Of a stretch of 64,000 nucleotides of DNA, positions 55,791 to 64,000 are shown in pieces (position 1 is the stretch's first letter; every line of letters begins with the position of its first letter). The stretch is from Eledone cirrhosa. Taxonomy: Eukaryota. The notes beneath the pieces are model-generated. The model saw only the letters and a list, made by a program, of their open reading frames with translations. It was not told the DNA's origin and made no database searches. The DNA lies in NCBI GenBank assembly GCA_964016885.1, contig OZ024743.1, positions 89,094,001-89,158,000 on the forward strand. The letters run 5' to 3'. Position numbers and translations under genes: made by a program.

Positions 55791-57057
55791 TAAGCCTCGC
55801 CTGACTGCGCTGGAGCGTTTGCTCTTTCGCTTTTTGTGGAAGGGACGCGCTCCGATGGTCAGGCGGTCCATCTGTTGTCAACACCTGCTACGTGGAGGGC
55901 TGGGCATGCCGTGGCTGATGATGCGCAGGTACGCGCTCAGGCTACGACATCTACACTTCTTCCTCGACGGTGATCAGGTGTGGTCGCCGTTTGCTAGACA
56001 CGTATTTCCCCAGCTCGTTTCCTTGACGGAGCTGCAGTCCTGAGTCAAGCGAAGACCGAGAGGGAGCGCCTGGAGACTGGAATGTCTTCAGGCGCTCACA
56101 GCCCTCGACCAATCGGGCAATGTGATCGGTGGAAACTCCACCTCGGCGTTCTATAGAGGATTAGTGGAGGGGAAGAGCGACGACGTACTTGGGGAAACTC
56201 TAGGCGTCGACGAAAATCAACTAGCCAATCTCTTCGGAAGAACTTTCGGGCCAGGGCCTATGGACAACTTCCAGAAATCTCTGGCCTGGCAGTGCTACCG
56301 AGGAGCCTTGCCAGTTCGGGATAAACTCTACAGGCATGGAGGTGCCGTCAGCCGGGCATGTCCGAGATGCGCGCAGGGCGACGAAACCGTCCTGCACGCA
56401 CTCGTCCAGTGTCCGAAAATTGCTGACTTGTGGGTTTATGTCGAACACCTGCTGTCGCGTTTAGGACAGATCCGGCTATCATCTGAGTCCATCGTGAGGA
56501 TTGCCCCGCCCTCCTCCTTTAGCCGGGAAGGGCAGGCAGTTTTTATCTGTCTGGTGGCCATGGCGAAAGAGGTAGTATGGTGGACACGTTTGAAAGGGCT
56601 GAAGACGAGCACTTACCTCTTCGGTGATGCTCTGATTGACTTTTTCAAATTTCATTTGAAAAGGAAAATCAGAGTAGAGAGGGAAGTGCTCTCTTCCCAG
56701 CATTTTGTTGAAAGATGGGTGAGAGAAGCAAGAATGGCCCGAGTGAATGGGCCTACTCTGAGTATATATCTGTAAATTAAAGGTGGAAAACTGGGAGAGG
56801 GCACTTGCCTTGGTGGTCAGGGTCATTGTGGCTTTTTACTGGGCTTTCTCCACAAATGTCCCTCTGAAGTCTCCCCCCTATTGGGGAATTTTTCATTGTT
56901 ATTTTTTGTTACACCCTCTGTTTTTTTTGTTTTTTTTACACGCAGAAATGCCCATTTGTACCGTACTGTATTGTCCTGCACTGTCGTTAATGTCTACTTT
57001 ATGTAAACCCTTGTGGTTAATAAAGAAATCATTATTATTATTATTATTATTATTATT
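55790..57057 (+). mobile_element. 5'-truncated Tx1/L1-clade LINE with (ATT)n tail
   Basis: Direct repeat of 61665-62926; premature TGA at 56041. Confidence 0.95.
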
Positions 57058-57264
57058 GGCGACCTACGTAGTAAATCGTATCATCGTGAGCTCCGCAAAG
57101 GTTTGTTATTTCCGTTTGTTAAAAATTGCCATTTATGGAAAATTTTATTGTTAACTGTTTATAAGCACACATACATTGTTTTCCGAAAAGGACACCCAAA
57201 AAGATTGGGGCCTTGTGCCCAAAATTTTAACTTTTATTATTATCCAAAAATTTCTTTGAAAAAA

Positions 57265-59200
57265 ATGGCTAATTTGCCTCTGCACGAAGCAGCTGAAAGC
57301 CTTCCTCACAAAATAACACCTCACACCGACACCACCATTGTAAATGTTACTACGTTTGCCAACACAAAAAAAAATATAAGCAGTAGCAATATTTTAAATT
57401 TGTCTCAGGCAGACATTCATTTCCCGCCATTACCAATGACTGCAGGTGTTAAAGCCTCCACCACCACCACCACCGCGACAACAGAAACAAAAGAAGAAAA
57501 AAATAAATTAACTCGTGATGTTGAAATGAAATCAAGCAAAATGGACTCTTCCGCACCAAAGACGACTGACGTCACCACCACCACAACTGAAACTAAAATT
57601 AATATTAACACAAATAACGATAGCAACAACAACAACAATAACATTATAAAAACCCCCCTCAGTTTCGCCAGAGTAGCAAAACAATTCGAAGCTTTCACGG
57701 TAACTCAGGAAGATTTAGAAAATGCCAAACAAATGGTAAAGAAAGATGGGTACAGGGTCAGCCTCCCCCCCCACCTAATAAAATGGAGCATCGGCGCCTA
57801 TGCACCGTGTCGTATAGAACAATAAATGTAAAATCGCGCCGAGTGGAACGGACATCCGAGTCCCAAATCCAAAAAGCTTTGGGACATGTGTGGGCAAGAA
57901 AAACCCACACCAGACGTGGGCAAAAGTATGGAACCGTGGATGTGTTCTTTGAAACACCAGAGGAGGCTAGAGAACACTCCATGGCCCCATTAAAAAGTGA
58001 CGACTTCACACTCGTCCCAAGCTATTGTGGCCAGAGACTCGTAAAGATCAGGGTGACCCACGTTCCACCGGCCATCGAAATTCCCTGGCTAATAGCGGCT
58101 GTCCTCGCCGGCATCGAAGCCAACACGAAAATAATAGCAATAGCAAAAGAAAAGCAGGAAAACTGGTCCGGATCTGGGATGGAGCTCCTGATCCAAGCGG
58201 ACCAAAAAAGCATTGAGGAGATCCCAGAGGTAATAGACCTCACTGACGGCAGCCACCTCACGGTAATTGTCGAGGGCAGAAGACCTAGGTGTGTCGTTTG
58301 TGGTGAAGGAACCCACCTAAGGGCTTTCTGCCCTCAGGCTAAAAGGTTGAGGCCACCTCATCAACACCACCAGTAGCAGAGATGGCAGCAACAACTGTAG
58401 CAGCAACAACAGAAGCAACTATAACAGCAACAACCCCAGCAACAGTAGCAAAACCAACACCACTACCACCACCAGCAAAACCAACACCACCACCACCCAA
58501 CGCTTCAGAACTAGCACCAGCGCCTACACCATCCACCACACTACAACCAAAACTAACGGCTGTGGAGGATTTTCCACTCCCCGGCCTATCACAACTGGAG
58601 ACAGATTGTGACGACGAGGAGTGGGAAACGATATCCGGAAAAAAAAAAGAAACCAAAAAAGAAAAAATTCTCTTCCTTCCCCCTCCAAAAACAAAATACA
58701 GAGGGGAAACAAATAAATTAAGAAACAAAAAAGTTAGGACAGATATGCCACCATCCACACCAGCATCACCAACCCCATCAACCCAAACACCAACACCATC
58801 ACCATCATTAACCCCAACACCACCATCACCTACACCACAAAAGTCACCAAAATGCGAAACAGAAACAAACCCACAACAAACGCAAACAAAACAAAACAAC
58901 CAAAACGATACACACTACACAGCATTAAATTTGAACAACAAGCAATTATTACACTACATCCAACACAACACCAGCATCACAGAAAAAGACTACACAACAA
59001 CCCCAAAATTCACACCACCTCCACACATACAAATCACTCGCATCACACAGAAAACGTACATGACACTAAAACAAAAATTCCCCAAAGACATCGGAGACTT
59101 CCGACAAGCACTCTCCAGGAGGATTTATAAGGACATCCTTCCTGAGGAGGCCACAAGGAGTGAAAAGATGGAAAAACCGTCCTTCCCCTACGAGAAGTAA
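57265..59200 (+). pseudogene. Tx1-like ORF1 (RRM-like region, CCHC knuckle, Pro/Thr-rich tail), two frameshifts
   Basis: ATG 57265; YGTVDVFFET, CVVCGEGTHLRAFC; frame changes at a C-run near 57768 and an A-run near 58342. Confidence 0.8.
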
Positions 59201-59239
59201 GGTAAGTGGTCTTTCCCATCTTTTCCACTCCTTTTCAAC

Positions 59240-62200
59240 ATGACCTCACTCAGAATAGGCAGCATAAATGCGCGTGGCTTGGGGTCGTCATGGAAGCAGG
59301 GCCACCTGCTCAACGACCTCAGGTCACTAAACATAGATGTAGTGGCCATCAGCGAGACCAGAATCTCCGAAGCACAGGCTTTCGCACCGATCTTCGGCAG
59401 CTACGATGTGTACGCATCTCCCAGCCGTCCGGGTTCGGGGGGAGGAGTTGCTGTGCTTTTTCGGAGAGGTTTGGATCTTGCCATACGGGCCATCTTCCTG
59501 GACCCAGAAGGTAAGTTGGTGGTGCTGGACGTGACCAGCGGAGACGGGCAAGCTTTCAGGTTAGTGGCCGTCTATGCCCCGACAGGAGCAGGGCGGCCTG
59601 ATTTCTTCCGGCGTCTGGAGACCTCTCTTGGAACGTCCCGCTCTTTAGTGTTAGTGGGCGACTGGAACGGGATCTTAGATGCACGCTGGGATTGTGTGGG
59701 ATTAGTGGATAGGGAAGGAGGGTGCTAGAGCCTCACCAACCTGCTCAGACGTTTTGAACTATCTGACAGGTACCGAATGGATTTCCCGAATGTACCAATG
59801 TGGACTTGGACAAATCGCATAGGGTCATCCAGATCATATCTAGATAGAGTATTTTGTAGGGAAATAGATAGGTCTAGCATAGGCTGTCCACAATTCAAGA
59901 TAGTCAGCTACACGGACCACAAATTCGTGATCTGTGTGCTTGACTTAGATAGGCTTCATAGACGAGGACCCAGCTACTGGAAGCTAAACGCGTCCTTACC
60001 AGCGCGCAAGGCCTACAGAGACCGGATTAGCGAACTAGTTAAGCGGGCGCTGACGGGGGCCATCGTCAACAACAAGTGGTGGTTTGCTCTGAAAAGAGCA
60101 ATTAGAATAGAGTTTAGTAAGACTTTAGCAATAGAGAAAAATAGAGCAGAGGGAGAACTAGTTAGAAAATTAGATGAGGCGCTTAGCAAAGGCATCGCGA
60201 CCGACGTGCTTGCGGCGAAATTGGCCCTTGACCAATTCTTCAATGCAAAGCACGAAGGCTGCGTTGTCAGAGCTAGGGTGCGTGCTCTCAGACACGAGGG
60301 GACGAAAGCCGTTCAATGGGCCCGAGTGGCGGAGGCGCGTCGTGGCAACAAAGCCACGATCCAGTCTTTGGTGGACCACGACGGGCGCATGCTACTCGAT
60401 CCCGGGCAAATGTGTGAAGCTTTTCAGCGACACTTCGCTCAACTGTTCGGGGGCAGTGGCGGGCCGGATCGAGGGATGGACTTTAGTGTCTACCTCGACG
60501 GACTGTCGCGGCTTTCGGCCACTGAGGCGGAGTGTTGCGAAAAGCCGATAACAACCGCTGAAGTACGGGATGCAATGACTAGTTGCACAAGGGGTAAATC
60601 GCCTGGTTTGGATGGTCTGCCCTATGAACTTTACGTACAAATGCCAAACTTGTTCGGAGGCCTCTTGGCGGACGTCTACTGCAACCGGCAACAGAACGGG
60701 AGAATTCCCAGCTCTGTGAGCCGAGGAGCGGTGGCGCTGCTGAGAAAGGATCCGAACAAGGGGGATAACATAGATAATTTTAGGCCCATAACTCTGCTAA
60801 ACACAGAGTTCAAGATTTTGGCCAAGGTGCTAGCAAAGAGGTTGGCGCTTGTCGTTGGTGGTCTGGTGGGAGAGGCGCAGACATGCGCCATTCCCGACAG
60901 ATCCATCCACGACAACCTCCACCTCATGCGATACATCGTAGAGAGGGTAGCTAGGGAACCTGGCACGGGTGGGTCTTTGATCAATTTAGATCAGTCGAAA
61001 GCCTTCGATAGGGTCGACCATCGTTACCTAACGGCAGTCCTGAGGGCGGCTGGCTTTGGGCCCGTCTTCAGAGGCTGGATCGCTGCCATGCACAGCGACA
61101 TCTGCTCTGTAGTGAGAGTGAACGGTCACCTTTCGGAACCGTTCAACATCATGCGCTCGGTCCGCCAAGGATGTCCCCTCTCGTCCCTATTGTACGTATT
61201 GACTCTCGAGCCATTACTGCACAAACTGGAGACGTTGAGGGGGGTCCCGCGCGAACTAGGATGCGGAAGATCCGTGTCAGCATATGCCGACGATGTCACC
61301 GTAGTGGTGTCGAACGCCAAACACATCGAGGCGATCGGCACTACACTAAGAGAATACGAAGCGGCGACAGGAGCAATGATCAACCAGGAAAAGTCAGTGG
61401 GCCTGCAGCTCGGCACCTGGAGAGGCAGGTCCATGCCGTCCAACAGCGTCGTCGGGCGCTGGACGGACGGATCGGTTAAATTGCTAGGGGTCTGGTTCGG
61501 TCCAGACCTCCAGACGGACAAAAACTGGGACGAGGTGACGAGCAGGGTGTCTTCTCTCACCCAGAAATGGGCCGAGAGGAAGCTATCCCTGAAAGGTCGA
61601 GCGGAGGTGGCGAATGCGTACATCGCATCCGTCATCTACTACCGCCTGACCGTCGTACCTTGTCCTAAGCCCCGCCTGACTGCGCTGGAGCGTTTGCTCT
61701 TTCGCTTCTTGTGGAAGGGACGCGCTCCGATGGTCAGGCGGTCCATCTGCTGTCAACACCCGCTACGTGGAGGGCTGGGCATGCCGTGGCTGATGATGCG
61801 CAGACACGCGCTCAGGCTACGACATCTCCACCTCTTCCTCAACGGTGATCAGGTGTGGTCGCCGTTTGCAAGACACGTTTTTCCCCAGCTCGTCTCCTTG
61901 ACGGAGCTGCAGTCCTGGGTCAAGCGAAGACCGAGAGGGAGCGCTTGGAGACTGGAATGTCTTCAGGCGCTCACAGCCCTCGACCAATCGGGCAATGTGA
62001 TCGGTGGAAACTCCACCTTGGCGTTCTATAGGGGATTAGTGGAGGGGAAGAGCGACGACGTACTTGGAGAAACTCTAGGCGTCGACGAAAATCAACTAGC
62101 CAATCTCTTCGGAAGGACTTTCGGGCCGGGGCCTATGGACAACTTCCAGAAATCCCTGGCCTGGCAGTGCTACCGAGGAGCTTTGCCAGTTCGGGATAAA

Positions 62201-62650
62201 CTCTACAGGCATGGAGGTACCGTCAGCCGGGCATGTCCGAGATGCGCGCAGGGCGACGAAACCGTCCTGCACGCACTCGTCCAGTGTCCGAGCATTGCTG
62301 ACTTGTGGGTTTATGTCGAACACCTGCTGTCACGTGTAGGACGGATCCAGCTATCAGCTGAGTCCATCGTGAGGATTGCCCCGCCCTCCTCCTTTAGCCT
62401 GGAAGGGCAGGCAGTTTTTATCTGTCTGGTGGCCATGGCGAAAGAGATAGTATGGTGGACACGTTTGAAAGGGCTGAAGACGAGCACTTACCTCTTCGGT
62501 GATGCCCTGATTAACTTTTTCAAATTTCATTTGAAAAGGAAAATCAGGGTAGAGAGGGAAGTGCTCTCTTCCCAGCATTTTGTTGAAAGATGGGTGAGAG
62601 AAGCAAGTATGGCCCGAATGAATGGGCCTTCTCTGAGTATGTGTCTGTAA
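59240..62650 (+). pseudogene. Tx1-like ORF2 (APE + RT + C-terminal zinc-binding region), one in-frame TAG
   Basis: SINARGL, ISET, VYAP, GDWN, YLDR, TDHK; KSPGLDGL, NFRPITLLN, DQSKAFD, RQGCPLS, YADD; CPRC..ETVLHALVQC. ORFs 59240..59728 and 59777..62650 share a frame. Confidence 0.92.
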
Positions 62651-62892
62651 ATTAAGGGTGGAAAACTGGGAGAGGGCACTTGCCCTGGTGGTCAGGGCCA
62701 CTGTGGTCTTTTAATGGGCTTTCTCCACAAATGTCCCTTGGAAGTCTCCCCCCTATTGGGGAATTTTTCTTTGTTATTTTATTTCAACCTCTGTTTTTTT
62801 ACACGCAGAAATGCCCATTTGTACCGTCCTGTATTGTCCTGTACTGTCCTTAATGTCTACTTTATGTGAACCCTTGTGGTTAATAAAGAAAA

Positions 62893-62926
<34 letters not shown>

Positions 62927-63113
62927 GCCGGTGGATTGGCAGTATCGGTAGAGGGTTGGACGCCATGCTTTCCAGCATAGTTACGTCCCTTTACGATCTG
63001 AGTTCAAATCCCGCCGAGGTTCACTTTGCCTTTCATCCTTACGGGGGTCGATGAAAAAATAAAGTACCAGTAATGCACTGGTTAATTGCTGGCCTTGTGC
63101 CTTAAGTAGAAAC

Positions 63114-63118
<5 letters not shown>
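62927..63118 (+). mobile_element. Nin-domain tRNA-SINE directly after the Tx1 (ATT)n tail
   Basis: Full family match. Confidence 0.88.
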
Positions 63119-63154
<36 letters not shown>

Positions 63155-63264
63155 CAGATCCATTGATCAACCAGATTTGCATATCAGCAGACTGGCCAGT
63201 CAGTTTCCTGTATACGAGCGATAAATGGCTGGCTTTGCCAAATTCAAACAAAAAAGAAAATTTC

Positions 63265-63310
63265 GCTGTACTGATGAAGGGTGATACCCAGAAACATTAG
63301 TGTCTGCAGT
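63265..63310 (+). ncRNA. Minimal type I hammerhead ribozyme candidate
   Basis: Stem I gctgta/tgcagt, CTGATGA, stem II gggt/accc, GAAA, stem III ca-ttag-tg, GTC cleavage after 63304. Confidence 0.72.
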
Positions 63311-63440
63311 TCTGTTCGCATGCTAACACAAGAGCAAGAATGAAGGGTTCATTCTACTGACATGGCTATAAAATTGAGGCTTGTTTGCATAATTGCAAGC
63401 GAATCGAATGTTATTATTAATATTCGAAAAACTCAGATTA

Positions 63441-63475
<35 letters not shown>

Positions 63476-63504
63476 TTATATATATATTTATATATATATA
63501 TATT

Positions 63505-63553
<49 letters not shown>

Positions 63554-63719
63554 ATATTTATGTATAATATAGAAATGGCTTCTACAGGACTAGAACTGTT
63601 TCATTTGAAGGAAATCATCAGGAAAGCCCTATGTTATGTATTGAGTACCTTACTTAATCTAGTTACCCCTGATTGAACCCGGGATACACACAAAAACATA
63701 TATATATAAATACATATAC

Positions 63720-63925
63720 GTAGTAGAGTGGGTAATAGGAAAATGTATGACCCCGACGGCAGAGCTCAAGCCGTTTCGACGGCTATTTCTAGACAGAAAA
63801 GCCGTCGAAACGGCTTGAGCTCTGCCGTCGGGATCATACATTTTCGTATTACCCACTCTACTACCCTAAGTATTGAGTATTCTGGTGCGTTATGGTCCAT
63901 CTGGTTCCTTACCACAACTCCATCG
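63720..63925. mobile_element. Hairpin element (~70-bp arms) with one-sided tail
   Basis: 63720-63790 folds on 63795-63864; tail shared with 18140-18210. Confidence 0.7.
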
Positions 63926-63959
63926 TTATATAAATACATATATAGATACATATATGCAT

Positions 63960-64000
<41 letters not shown>

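Larger units (their letters stand above)
57058..62926 (+). mobile_element. Apparently full-length Tx1/L1-clade LINE
   Basis: 5'UTR, ORF1, ORF2, 3'UTR with AATAAA and (ATT)n; (ATT)n on both sides. Confidence 0.93.

Noticed and set aside
55790-62926. LTR retrotransposon interpretation of the 1.26-kb direct repeats
   Set aside because: The repeats are ORF2 3' ends with tails; APE-RT architecture, no integrase or protease, no TG..CA ends.

Overview
AT-rich, microsatellite-dense eukaryotic DNA. The SINE/LINE repertoire points to a mollusc, probably an octopod cephalopod (inference). Two host genes are visible on the + strand: nine spliced coding exons (13809-30820) for the C-terminal part of a MOSPD2-like CRAL-TRIO/MSP/TM protein, and coding exon 1 of a beta-tubulin (50618-50674) whose first intron runs past the window end. 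The rest is mostly transposons: RTE LINEs, CR1, CRE and R4/Dong fragments, a near-intact Tx1/L1-clade LINE, a Chapaev3 DNA transposon with TIRs and TAA TSD, a Helitron remnant, MITEs and two tRNA-SINE families. Main hunt results: (1) an apparent (ATT)n-targeting Tx1 LINE / Nin-domain SINE partnership, with similar 3' tails and insertion at the same site in two paralogous segments; (2) a C4HC3 PHD finger inside the RT domain of the RTE family; (3) two well-formed sense-strand intronic type I hammerhead ribozymes, one with a ~100-nt stem II inside a 174-bp-arm palindrome; (4) a 2.5-kb multimeric non-autonomous RTE insertion with twin-priming geometry, a 60-bp TSD and a structured 5' leader. All calls were made by eye with no database searches, and repeat boundaries are approximate.
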